This document shows positions 29,670 to 38,318 of a DNA stretch of 64,000 bases, piece by piece. Each line of letters begins with the position of its first letter. The stretch's first letter is position 1. Source of the stretch: Candidatus Yanofskybacteria bacterium RIFCSPHIGHO2_01_FULL_44_24 (GTDB lineage: Bacteria; Patescibacteriota; Minisyncoccia; 2-02-FULL-40-12; GWA2-44-9); the NCBI GenBank assembly GCA_001794215.1, contig MGJK01000012.1, forward strand, positions 80,818 to 144,817, given 5' to 3'. Both the position numbers and the translations under genes were made by a program. The notes under the pieces are model-generated. The model was not told the origin of the DNA. It ran no database searches and worked only from the letters and a program-made list of their open reading frames with translations.

Positions 29670-29909
29670 ATGTATTTTGTATATATTTTAAAAAGCGGCA
29701 AAGACGGCAATTTGTACATAGGCCTTACTAATAACATAGAGAGAAGGTTGAACGAGCATAATCGGGGCAGAAATTTATCTACAAAACACAGGGTGCCGTT
29801 TAAGCTTTTGTATCAGGAGCGGGTAGGTAGTAGAATTGAAGCAAGAAAGCGAGAAAAGTATTTCAAATCAGGAACTGGTCGGGAATGGATCAAAAGTAGC
29901 TTAAGATAA
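29670..29909 (+). CDS. Small GIY-YIG nuclease family protein
   Basis: YFVYILKS...LYIGLTNNIERRLNEHN, ARKREKYFKSG. Confidence 0.93.
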   Translation: MYFVYILKSGKDGNLYIGLTNNIERRLNEHNRGRNLSTKHRVPFKLLYQERVGSRIEARKREKYFKSGTGREWIKSSLR

Positions 29910-29918
29910 TTTGTATAT

Positions 29919-29991
29919 CCGCCCTTAGCTCAGTTGGTAGAGCAGCTCCCTTTTAAGGAGACGGTCGTAGGTTCGACTCCTACAGGGCGGA
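29919..29991 (+). tRNA. tRNA-Lys (anticodon TTT), CCA not encoded
   Basis: Acceptor CCGCCCT/AGGGCGG, D-arm GCTCAGTTGGTAGAGC, anticodon loop CT-TTT-AA, T-arm GTAGG-TTCGACT-CCTAC. Confidence 0.95.
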
Positions 29992-30596
29992 CAATATAAA
30001 AAGTCAGCATTTTTTGGAGTGTTGGCAATTCGGGAATATGCCTTTTTGTATTGTATTTCCTGAATCTCTTTGTTTTGGAACCAAACGTTCCAAAGTAGTG
30101 AATTTATCATTTGATACCTTTTTGAATCTTCGCCATTTAAAAAGTCATTTTTGGCGTTTTTAGCTTGTAAAAATACTTCTTTTGTCCGTTCCAAAGTAGA
30201 TAAGGCGGTTTCCGGATTATCCTTTTTAGTCCGGCTTAACTGATTTTCTAATTCAACCCTCTGATTATTGAGTTCCCTTATCTTATCGTCATATAACTCA
30301 ATTCTAAGGCTTCCAGAGGCCATAGCATCAGCCAGGCGGGATTCTCTTTCGTCTATCAGTTTCAATTCTTTTTGAATACCGGAAATGATAGTTTCAGACC
30401 TATCACTTGCCCCTATCTTCTGTTTGGCCGCCTCATACATGATTTCAATGGCCTCATCATCAAAAGCCAGATCGCCAAGCTTATCGGCAATCATCTTTGT
30501 AATAATTTCTTCCCGCATATATGCCTTGCCCTGTTCGCAAGAACCCTTTCCATTTGTGCAGTAATAATACCTATAACCCTTCTGCCACAGAGTGCT
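29925..30596 (-). pseudogene. C-terminal remnant of a large serine recombinase (half zinc ribbon plus coiled coil)
   Basis: Extending the frame upstream gives KGYRYYYCTNGKGSC, followed by a coiled coil; the frame runs through the tRNA antisense; catalytic domain absent. Confidence 0.75.
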
Positions 30597-30660
30597 TTAC
30601 TTAGTTCAAAAACCGTGCTATCGTATAGTGCGGTTTTTAGTTCGTTGAAAAGGAAGCGAT

Positions 30661-31194
30661 ATGTTCACGGAAGATACGCCTAAACATAGCGACCCATCAG
30701 TAGAGCAATTGCTCGTCGATTTCAAAAAACTCAGAAAGATCATTAATGCCGTGAGATCCGGCTCGGTAACAAAGGCCCAGGCAATGGAGTACGAAGTCTC
30801 GGTCAATAAATTATTAAATCATGCCGGGACAGTAGATAGGGTATGCAAAGAAAGAGTCGAGCTATTAGACGGTGCCGACAAGGCCGTAAAAAAATTGGAA
30901 CAATTTGCAGAGAAGCGATTTCCGGCAGATGGAGAGTTCGGGTACCTTATGGTGGTCGAGCTGGACGAATCAATGCCTGGTGGCGAAAGAATATTCATCG
31001 GCGGGGGCAAGAGAAAGCCTGGAGAGGTCGGCGAGCCTTACGAGCCCGGGGTTTATGTGTATTGGGATGTGTATCTCTACGGTTATGCCGACGGCGGTCC
31101 GCACGACAGGCGGATCAATTCTTTGAGGGAAATCAAAGTTACAAATGAACAGTTAAGGAAATTTGTGGAGGCCGCAGAATCTTTGACGCGGTAG
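30661..31194 (+). CDS. Hypothetical protein
   Basis: 177-aa ORF with its own promoter, AGGA RBS and terminator. Confidence 0.7.
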   Translation: MFTEDTPKHSDPSVEQLLVDFKKLRKIINAVRSGSVTKAQAMEYEVSVNKLLNHAGTVDRVCKERVELLDGADKAVKKLEQFAEKRFPADGEFGYLMVVELDESMPGGERIFIGGGKRKPGEVGEPYEPGVYVYWDVYLYGYADGGPHDRRINSLREIKVTNEQLRKFVEAAESLTR

Positions 31195-31263
31195 AGTTCT
31201 GAGCTATTCCCGGAGGAGAATCATAAGATTGTATCCAGCATTTTTTCTGATGGCTGAAAAGAC

Positions 31264-31290
31264 GCCGACTAATAAGTCGGCTTTTATTTT
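31264..31290 (+). terminator. Rho-independent terminator
   Basis: gccgact-aata-agtcggc followed by a T tract. Confidence 0.8.
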
Positions 31291-31344
31291 TTTTAAATTC
31301 ATGGTAGCTTGTTAAGACAATTTAGTTTTTTAAAAAGGAGAGTC

Positions 31345-31596
31345 ATGAAGATTCCGTATACCCGTATCGAAGCAGGCGAAACAGATATTCCAACCCACCA
31401 AATCGTTAAGCGGATCAGAGATGAGTACTTAGCCAAACTTGGCGGGGAGTTTGTAAGAGAGGTAGGCGGTAAGTACATGTTAATGGAGGAAACACGCACA
31501 TCTCATCGCTTTGAATTTGACGTGAGGGAACTGACCGAAGAAGAAGTAGCAAATTTTCAGGTTATTAATAGGCTCATTGTTTTCTTCATGAAATGA
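31345..31596 (+). CDS. Hypothetical protein
   Basis: AAGGAG RBS; terminator agccggc...gccggct-tttt at 31614. Confidence 0.7.
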   Translation: MKIPYTRIEAGETDIPTHQIVKRIRDEYLAKLGGEFVREVGGKYMLMEETRTSHRFEFDVRELTEEEVANFQVINRLIVFFMK

Positions 31597-31747
31597 CCCT
31601 GACAACAGATTCGAGCCGGCAGTTAGCCGGCTTTTTATGAGAATATTTACGTGCAGCTTACTGCGCGTTCAAGTTTAAGTTTAAGTTGACAATATATCGT
31701 GAGGATGATATCCTATTTAAAAGTTCGTTTCACAATAAGGAATAAAA

Positions 31748-32122
31748 ATGTCCGGAAATCGCAAGACCCCCATTTACGTGACGGTAGGCAATTTTTGGAA
31801 AGAGGTCGAAGAGGCCGGACACAGGGTCGGAATGCCTCCGGAATTAATCAGCTGTCTCCGGGTTCTTATAGGATCGCACATCCATTCTCAAATGGGTCCT
31901 CGGGCGTCTCCTCATCTGATACGGCTGGCCAAAGAGTATGTTCTTGGCGGAGTTGTTATATCCGATTTTGTGAGAGAGGAAGAGCGTGTTCTTGAGGTGA
32001 TGGTTTTTATACCGAAGTTTAATCCTGATCCGGAAAAAGTCGGGCATCCGTTTTTCAAGCTCGTACCTACTTATTCAAACGGAGTGCTTCGGCGCCTTCA
32101 AGATATTTTGCCCGAAGATTAG
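31748..32122 (+). CDS. Hypothetical protein
   Basis: TTGACA-17-TATCCT promoter (31686-31714), AAGGA RBS, terminator. Confidence 0.7.
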   Translation: MSGNRKTPIYVTVGNFWKEVEEAGHRVGMPPELISCLRVLIGSHIHSQMGPRASPHLIRLAKEYVLGGVVISDFVREEERVLEVMVFIPKFNPDPEKVGHPFFKLVPTYSNGVLRRLQDILPED

Positions 32123-32234
32123 CTTAACCGACCGAGATCAGAGTTAGTCGGTTTTTGATTGGAAAATACTTTACAAACTTTGTTGGAAGTGATACCTTGA
32201 CCCTGCCTTTTTAAGCAATCAAAACGAGGAGCCG

Positions 32235-32474
32235 ATGAGGATTTACTGGGACGCCAAGAGCCGAGGAACCAAAGCCGAGATCGTTCAGGATATGGAAAAT
32301 GATGCCGCCCGGCTGTTGGCGGAATCTGAGCCGGAATCGCACATTAGAGTAGGAGTTGAAAGGGTGTTCATTTATCCTTCCAGTTACGGCGTTAGCGGGT
32401 ACTCTTTGACCCTTGAAGATTTAGAAAGACTTGCTCAGGCGCTTAGGGCAAACAGCACAGACAGTTTTGCTTAA
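32235..32474 (+). CDS. Hypothetical protein
   Basis: GAGGAG RBS; terminator aacccc...ggggtt-ttt. Confidence 0.65.
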   Translation: MRIYWDAKSRGTKAEIVQDMENDAARLLAESEPESHIRVGVERVFIYPSSYGVSGYSLTLEDLERLAQALRANSTDSFA

Positions 32475-32544
32475 CCCCACAGAACGGGGTTTTTGTTTAG
32501 GCATGCTCTAACCAAAAAGCGGGCAATGCCCGCCGAAACAACAG

Positions 32545-32994
32545 CTACCTTTTTCGAGGCTTCGAGAAGCAGATTCTTGTCGAAGCTTTTTTATTGGAAT
32601 TGACGTGAGGCGCAAATTCCGCGGCCGTATAGGTATCGACGTTAACGATTACGTGGCCGCGAGTCTCGTCTGAAACCAACGCGACAGCTCTGATCAGGTG
32701 CTCATCTCCAGAGATGGGTCGAAGAAAATGCGTAGTTAGGGTCTGAGCCGGAGTATGGAACTCTTCTTCCGAAACGGGGATGGTGCTCATCGCGGCATAG
32801 ACTCCGGCGAAGTCTGCGATTACGTCAATGACGCCTCCTTGGACGATTCGCTTGCCGGCAATAAGAAATTCTGGCCGGATCAGGGCGGTTAAGACCGCAT
32901 ATCCTTTTCCGATCTTTTCAAGCTTTATGTCCATAAAGATTACCAGGGGCTCCGTATCGAACCTTTGTCTCAGCTGATCAATCCGCTCGTTCAT
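32545..32994 (-). CDS. PaaI-family (hotdog-fold) thioesterase
   Basis: IVQGGVIDVIADFAGVYA; THFLRP. Confidence 0.85.
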   Translation of the reverse strand: MNERIDQLRQRFDTEPLVIFMDIKLEKIGKGYAVLTALIRPEFLIAGKRIVQGGVIDVIADFAGVYAAMSTIPVSEEEFHTPAQTLTTHFLRPISGDEHLIRAVALVSDETRGHVIVNVDTYTAAEFAPHVNSNKKASTRICFSKPRKR

Positions 32995-33015
32995 GGACTT
33001 TCTCCTTTTTCGGCT

Positions 33016-33300
33016 TCAGCCTATGAGATCGTTGACCCGTAAGCTGATTTTATGTTCAACGGTGATTCCGCCGCAGTTAAGGAGCAAAACCCTTCTGAGG
33101 GAGGATTCTTTCGGGTCGGAGACTGAGATGCTGACTTCGTATCGAGGCTCGGGATAAAGTTTGGCGTAGGCATTTCTCAGTTCTTGGGCGAAGCCGTCTA
33201 CAGTTCCTCCGCGATGGGCGACGAGCTCCGTTTCGCTGGTTCTTCTCAAGAAATTACGGGAGCTGTACCGGACTTCAACCAGAATGGGTTTGTCGTTCAT
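33016..33300 (-). CDS. Hypothetical protein
   Basis: Co-oriented with the thioesterase; start chosen at MNDKPIL. Confidence 0.6.
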   Translation of the reverse strand: MNDKPILVEVRYSSRNFLRRTSETELVAHRGGTVDGFAQELRNAYAKLYPEPRYEVSISVSDPKESSLRRVLLLNCGGITVEHKISLRVNDLIG

Positions 33301-33368
33301 TGTTTTCTCGGTTGTGTGAAAGAGCAAAGATAAATTACTATAACCATATCCGTCTGTCAACCCTTCAG

Positions 33369-33397
33369 TTGACACCATGATAACTTTTATCTATAAT
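33369..33397 (+). promoter_or_regulatory. Consensus sigma-70 promoter
   Basis: TTGACA-17 nt-TATAAT. Confidence 0.85.
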
Positions 33398-33437
33398 ATG
33401 CGGTAGTTTCATTTACATCTTTAGAATAGGAAAACGA

Positions 33438-33986
33438 ATGGATCAGACAGGTTTGGCTCTCAGTAACGACTTAGTCGGTCTGCTGGATAGTCTTAAGAAC
33501 GAGGCTCTCAAAGTGATAGAAGTGCCCAAGTTTCGTATACCGTTTTGGCCAAAAGGCCTTATGTGCATCTCGGATCTTGGAAAGAGAGGGTACCGCGTTC
33601 CTTCCGAGGATTCAAACGGCTTGCTCTCCTGGAAAAAAGGCAAGCACAAGATCTCCTTTGTCGTAGGAGTAGACGGCGAGATAAGATTCGAGTTCCGCGG
33701 GATGTTTAAACAATGGAGAAAATTCCCCGTCTTTTCTTCGGTGCAGGTTAGTGACGGTTACCGCGGATATTATGACTCCCCGGTTTACCAGGCTTCTTCC
33801 GACCACGATAGTAGTAATATCTCACGGTTGGGAGCGTTAGAGCTGTTTGATCAATTCAAGGTGGAAATTCTTTCTCTTGCGCTTGAGACAATCCGAACTT
33901 CTGAACATAAAGAAGTGGCCGAATCGGTCAAGAAAGCTTTCGAACCCTTTGTGCCGTTTGTTGTGGCGGATATGCTGTTGAAGTGA
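33438..33986 (+). CDS. Unknown protein, paralog A of the PKFRIPxWP...VKKAFEPFVPFVV family
   Basis: Shares N- and C-terminal motifs with 37075-37602 and 37599-38147. Confidence 0.8.
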   Translation: MDQTGLALSNDLVGLLDSLKNEALKVIEVPKFRIPFWPKGLMCISDLGKRGYRVPSEDSNGLLSWKKGKHKISFVVGVDGEIRFEFRGMFKQWRKFPVFSSVQVSDGYRGYYDSPVYQASSDHDSSNISRLGALELFDQFKVEILSLALETIRTSEHKEVAESVKKAFEPFVPFVVADMLLK

Positions 33987-33993
33987 GAATCAG

Positions 33994-34596
33994 ATGATCG
34001 GCGTTCTTACCCTTGATAATTTAAGAAGTTACGCTCGTTGGGGCAAATTAGGGAAGATAGATTTTTTTCAGCATAATTTGAGCCGTCGCGCATACCCCAG
34101 TCTGTCGGATTTACACAAGCTGATTGTTCAAATGGCGGATCAGTATGGTTTAAGAGAGGAAAATGTTTTAGCCGTTGTTGCCATCGGTTCGGCTATTCAT
34201 CCCTCGAAATTCAAGAACAGCTATAGTATAAGGCGGAGGTTCTTCCTGTTCGGGCCTCTACGGGCTAAGCATAGAATCGTCCAGATAGCCCCTAATGACT
34301 TTGATTTTTTGGTGTTAACGGACCGTGATTTAGAGGCGAAAGGGGCCTGGATGAGGAAAGGTAAAATCCACCTGATAAACCGGAGTATCGGACAGATTCT
34401 TAGGTGTCGCGAGAATGGAGATACGGTGAGTATCAATGCTCTGCGCCGGGGGGTTATGATTTTTCGGACTTTTCTTTTTGAAGATAATGATTGGGCCAAT
34501 CTCGGCATCCGGGCAGGCGTTAAACGGGATGCATCGAGACCTCGGGCTTACTATTATAAGGGTCCTCACAAATATCTGGAGATCAGCGTAGGTTGA
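33994..34596 (+). CDS. Pol-beta-superfamily nucleotidyltransferase-like protein
   Basis: AVVAIGS...PNDFDFLVL (GS plus DxD), with an insert between the motifs. Confidence 0.6.
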   Translation: MIGVLTLDNLRSYARWGKLGKIDFFQHNLSRRAYPSLSDLHKLIVQMADQYGLREENVLAVVAIGSAIHPSKFKNSYSIRRRFFLFGPLRAKHRIVQIAPNDFDFLVLTDRDLEAKGAWMRKGKIHLINRSIGQILRCRENGDTVSINALRRGVMIFRTFLFEDNDWANLGIRAGVKRDASRPRAYYYKGPHKYLEISVG

Positions 34597-34714
34597 GAAG
34601 ATCGAGGAGTTCAGAACGAACTCCTCTTTATTTTACTCCGTAATACGGCAAGATTGGCAAATCAGCCGTTCTGCCATAGCCTACACTCCATTCCCGGTAT
34701 CATCCATAAAGCTC

Positions 34715-34743
34715 TTGACTTTATTAGTATTTTAATTTAAAAT
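34715..34743 (+). promoter_or_regulatory. Sigma-70 promoter of the MoxR operon
   Basis: TTGACT-17 nt-TAAAAT. Confidence 0.75.
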
Positions 34744-34783
34744 ATGGCCACAAGTTCATTGTCAATTCAAAGAGAAAACAAAC

Positions 34784-35773
34784 ATGAGACCGAAAGAAGT
34801 CAGCGCGTTTTTGAAGTCTCTCACGCACTATTCTAAGGCCCCCGCGGTCTTTATCTGGGGTCCTCCCGGAGTAGGGAAGTCGAGAGTATGCGAGCAGGTG
34901 GCCCGGGAGGAGAACATGGGCTTTGTCGATTTGAGATTGGCTTTGATGGATCCGACCGATCTTCGGGGCATTCCTGTTCCGGAAAACGGTAAGGCCCAAT
35001 GGTTGGCCCCCTCGGCATTACCCACGGAAGGCAGGTGGATCATCCTCCTGGATGAATTTAACCTTGCTCCTCCGCTTGTGCAGTCGTCCGCTTATCAGCT
35101 TGTGCTTGACCGTAAGCTTGGGGAATACACACTACCCAAGGAATGTCTTGTGATCGCCGCCGGGAACAAAACCGAACATGGCGCCAATACATTCAAGATG
35201 GCGATGCCTCTCCGCAACCGATTCGTCCACATTGATTTCGAAACCCATATTGACGACTGGAGAGAATGGGCGATCCGAAACGAAATAGAATCGGAAGTCG
35301 TAGAATTCATCAGTTTCCGGCCGGACCTTCTTTTTCAGTTTGATCCGCGAAGGCAAGAGAATGCTTTTCCTACGCCTCGAAGCTGGGAATTTACTTCGCA
35401 AATCATAAAGAGCAGAAATGGCTTGGGTGAAGAAATTGTCCAGAAAGTAATTGAAGGGACTGTCGGTGCGGGAGCGGCAACGGAGTTGAAAAGCTACCGT
35501 CAAATGAAGGCAAATCTGCCGTCCATCGACAGTATTCTTAAGGGTGAAGACTATGCTCCCGAACAGGCCGATCTCGCCTGTGCCGTTGCCACCGCTCTTG
35601 TTATCAGGGCCAATGCGGATCAATTCGACAGGGTACTGCGCTATTCCGAAAAGCTTCAGGCTGAAATCACCGTACTGATCGGCAAGCTTCTTGCCGTCAA
35701 AGACAAGCAATCTCTGATGAAGTGCTCCTACTGGGCTACCTGGTCTAAGAAGCATTACGGCCTTATAGGATAA
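34784..35773 (+). CDS. MoxR-like AAA+ ATPase
   Basis: GPPGVGKS, DPTDLRGIP, ILLDEFN, AAGN, PLRNRF, PTPRSW. Confidence 0.93.
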   Translation: MRPKEVSAFLKSLTHYSKAPAVFIWGPPGVGKSRVCEQVAREENMGFVDLRLALMDPTDLRGIPVPENGKAQWLAPSALPTEGRWIILLDEFNLAPPLVQSSAYQLVLDRKLGEYTLPKECLVIAAGNKTEHGANTFKMAMPLRNRFVHIDFETHIDDWREWAIRNEIESEVVEFISFRPDLLFQFDPRRQENAFPTPRSWEFTSQIIKSRNGLGEEIVQKVIEGTVGAGAATELKSYRQMKANLPSIDSILKGEDYAPEQADLACAVATALVIRANADQFDRVLRYSEKLQAEITVLIGKLLAVKDKQSLMKCSYWATWSKKHYGLIG

Positions 35774-35782
35774 GGGCTGATC

Positions 35783-37078
35783 ATGAGTGGAAATAAGGCG
35801 GTCAGAGAAAGGATAATCAGGGAAAGGGTTCAGCTCCTGCTTCATCGTCCCTTTTTCGGGTATCTCACTCTAAGTCTTGATCTGAAAGAAGAGCTTGGAA
35901 TACCTACTATGGCGACAGATGGAACTCGCCTTTACTATAATCCGGCTTTTGTGGATGGGCTTGATCCTAAAGTTCTTCAGATGATTCTTGCCCATGAAAC
36001 GCTTCATTGCGCCTTGGGCCATCTCTGGAGGCTTGAAAAACGTAATCGTGAAAAGTGGAATTATGCCACCGACTATGCGATCAATTTGATGCTGAAAAAA
36101 GAAGGATTCACGGTGCCGGCCAATTGTTTATGCGACGATAAATTTGACGGTATGTCGGCTGAAGAGATATATCACAGACTGCCTGATCAAAAACCCAAGG
36201 GGTCTTTAGTCAGCTCTCACGATAAATGGCCGGGTAAGAATAAGTGTAAGGATAAAGAGAACAAGAAGGCGTCTCAGACTCCGCAAGATAAAAGCGGTGA
36301 AGGGGGAGATAAAAAGCCTGAGAATCAGGGCCAGCAGAGTAAAGACGATTCTAAAGAGGATGGGAGCGGGGGCGACAATAAAGACAGGATTGAAGGCGAT
36401 CAGCCTCAGTCCGCCCCGCCCCAAATTTTAAGTGGCGACGATCAAGAGGAGCTTGTGAAAGAGTGGCAAGATAAACTGATCCGCGCCGCTAATGCGGCAA
36501 GAATGCAGGGTAAATTGCCCGGCAGGATGGGTCAGCTTATCCAGGATGTTCTTGAGCCTAAGCTCGACTGGAAGGTAATCCTGAAGGATTTAGTCACTTC
36601 TTTGGTCCGAAACGATTTTCGTTTATTTCCGGCCTCAAAGAAGCATCTTTGGCGTAATATCTATCTGCCTTCCCTTCACGGTGAGTTGATAGAATTAGCC
36701 GTAGGCATAGATACTTCCGGCTCAGTTTCTGATGAGCAATTCCAGGAGCTGATTGCCGAAGTGCGGGGCATTGCCGAGCAATTTGAGAATTTCACCCTTC
36801 ACTTGTTTTTCTGCGATACAGAGATCCACGACCGGATGACCATCTCATCTAACGACGTATGGCCGGATAAATTTACCAAAAATGGAGGCGGTACGAGTTT
36901 TGTTCCGGTGATAGAGCTGATCGACAAAGAGCTTCCGCATATTGCCGGACTGGTCTACCTTACTGACGGGGATGGAGCGTATCCTAAGAATCCGCCGGAC
37001 TATCCGGTGATCTGGGTGCTTAATAAAGATAAGGTCATGCCCTGGGGCGAGAGCATTAAGATGGAGGAGGCCCGATGA
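35783..37078 (+). CDS. Metallopeptidase (HExxH) plus vWA-like domain protein (DUF2201-type)
   Basis: TMATDG, AHETLH, ATDYAIN; IDTSGS, GGGTSF, LTDG. Confidence 0.9.
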   Translation: MSGNKAVRERIIRERVQLLLHRPFFGYLTLSLDLKEELGIPTMATDGTRLYYNPAFVDGLDPKVLQMILAHETLHCALGHLWRLEKRNREKWNYATDYAINLMLKKEGFTVPANCLCDDKFDGMSAEEIYHRLPDQKPKGSLVSSHDKWPGKNKCKDKENKKASQTPQDKSGEGGDKKPENQGQQSKDDSKEDGSGGDNKDRIEGDQPQSAPPQILSGDDQEELVKEWQDKLIRAANAARMQGKLPGRMGQLIQDVLEPKLDWKVILKDLVTSLVRNDFRLFPASKKHLWRNIYLPSLHGELIELAVGIDTSGSVSDEQFQELIAEVRGIAEQFENFTLHLFFCDTEIHDRMTISSNDVWPDKFTKNGGGTSFVPVIELIDKELPHIAGLVYLTDGDGAYPKNPPDYPVIWVLNKDKVMPWGESIKMEEAR

Positions 37079-37602
37079 CACCGACTCAAAATCTTTCCGA
37101 ACTCAAAACATACCTTGATCAGTTTAAAGAGGAGATGGCTCAAATTGATATCCGGAATCTTCAGGAAATTCCCAAATTTCGTATCCCTAATTGGCCGGAA
37201 GAAGCAGGGTCTGTGGCGGTTGACTTCTGGTTCAGAGAGCTAATGTATCCTTGCCGGGGCGAGGCATCTTCCATGCTGAACGTTCGAAGAAAAAGGGTGC
37301 GTCATATGAGGGTTGAAATATATCATGGACTTATCTACATAACCAAGATGCATTTGAATTCAAGCAACCAGGCTTTTCAATCCGACAATCTTACCGGGCT
37401 TAATCGCACCAATTGTTTCATTATTTTCCATCAGCTTATCGACCCGATTTGCAGGGCAATAATCAAAAAGCTTAAGAAGAGATATCGTAAGTTCAAGGAT
37501 GAAGCGGAGCAATATAACAGAGTCTGTGACGCCGTCAAAAAATCCTTCGAACCTCTGATCCCTTTCATTGTGGCGGATATTTTGGAAGGGGAGGAAGGAT
37601 GA
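37075..37602 (+). CDS. Unknown protein, paralog B
   Basis: EIPKFRIPNWP...VKKSFEPLIPFIVAD; ATGA overlap with the vWA gene. Confidence 0.8.
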   Translation: MTPTQNLSELKTYLDQFKEEMAQIDIRNLQEIPKFRIPNWPEEAGSVAVDFWFRELMYPCRGEASSMLNVRRKRVRHMRVEIYHGLIYITKMHLNSSNQAFQSDNLTGLNRTNCFIIFHQLIDPICRAIIKKLKKRYRKFKDEAEQYNRVCDAVKKSFEPLIPFIVADILEGEEG

Positions 37603-38147
37603 CAAGTTCCATTTCGATAGTCCCGATGAGTAAGGCTAACATGGGCGAGGAATTTTCCGGGATTGAGTTTCAGGATATCAATGTTCCAAAGTTCAAAATT
37701 CCAAACTGGCCCAAAGGGGTAGGCATATCCCTTAAGTTAAGCAAGAGGCCGTATCATATTCCCGTGGAGTCTGACGGCAAGTACCTATGGTATAGGAATA
37801 AGCATAGGCTGTTCGTTGAGATAACGGGCGAGGGCTTCATCAGGTTTCAGTTCTTGCGCGCCGTCCTTGGATTAAGGCCGGCCCAATTTTGCGGTAGCTA
37901 CGCATCCAACGGCTATACGGTAAGTTGGTTAGATGTCGGCCATTACTGGGTTGATTCCGGTGCGGACGACTTACCGAGAAGGCTACCCGCCCTGATGTTG
38001 TTTGACCAGTTCAAGGTCAACATTCTTCTGGAGCTGGTTTCGAAGCTGAAGAACGATTCTGCGATACATAATCAGGTTGTTGAAGAAGTCAAGAAAGCCT
38101 TCGAACCCTTTGTGCCGTTTGTTGTTATGGATCAGTTACTGTCATAG
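37599..38147 (+). CDS. Unknown protein, paralog C
   Basis: VPKFKIPNWPKG...LFDQFKV...VKKAFEPFVPFVV; ATGA overlap. Confidence 0.8.
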   Translation: MTSSISIVPMSKANMGEEFSGIEFQDINVPKFKIPNWPKGVGISLKLSKRPYHIPVESDGKYLWYRNKHRLFVEITGEGFIRFQFLRAVLGLRPAQFCGSYASNGYTVSWLDVGHYWVDSGADDLPRRLPALMLFDQFKVNILLELVSKLKNDSAIHNQVVEEVKKAFEPFVPFVVMDQLLS

Positions 38148-38151
38148 GACG

Positions 38152-38180
38152 AGAGCAAGATAATTTCTTGCTCTTTTTGT
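38152..38180 (+). terminator. Rho-independent terminator
   Basis: agagcaaga-taatt-tcttgctct-tttt. Confidence 0.8.
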
Positions 38181-38318
38181 TTAGCTAAAAGCCCAAAAGA
38201 AGGATAAAATATCAGAGTATTTATCATTTTTGTCAAATTTTTTGTTCCTTGTGGAGGTTCTGCGGGAGTGGTATTTTTAATGTATACTGGTTAACAAAAT
38301 CAAATCAGCCTGCTTACT

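Larger units (their letters stand above)
29992..38180. mobile_element. Degraded tRNA-anchored genomic island
   Basis: Recombinase remnant abutting the tRNA 3' end, followed by about 8 kb of mostly unknown genes; the right boundary is inferred and no attL copy was seen. Confidence 0.55.

Noticed and set aside
30590-32500. Classical integron cassette array
   Set aside because: No IntI integrase, and no attC sites with RYYYAAC/GTTRRRY ends were recognised; hairpins look like terminators
35132-35845. 237-aa antisense ORF over the MoxR gene, and the many similar shadow ORFs
   Set aside because: Fully overlap well-supported genes on the other strand or frame and have no recognisable motifs
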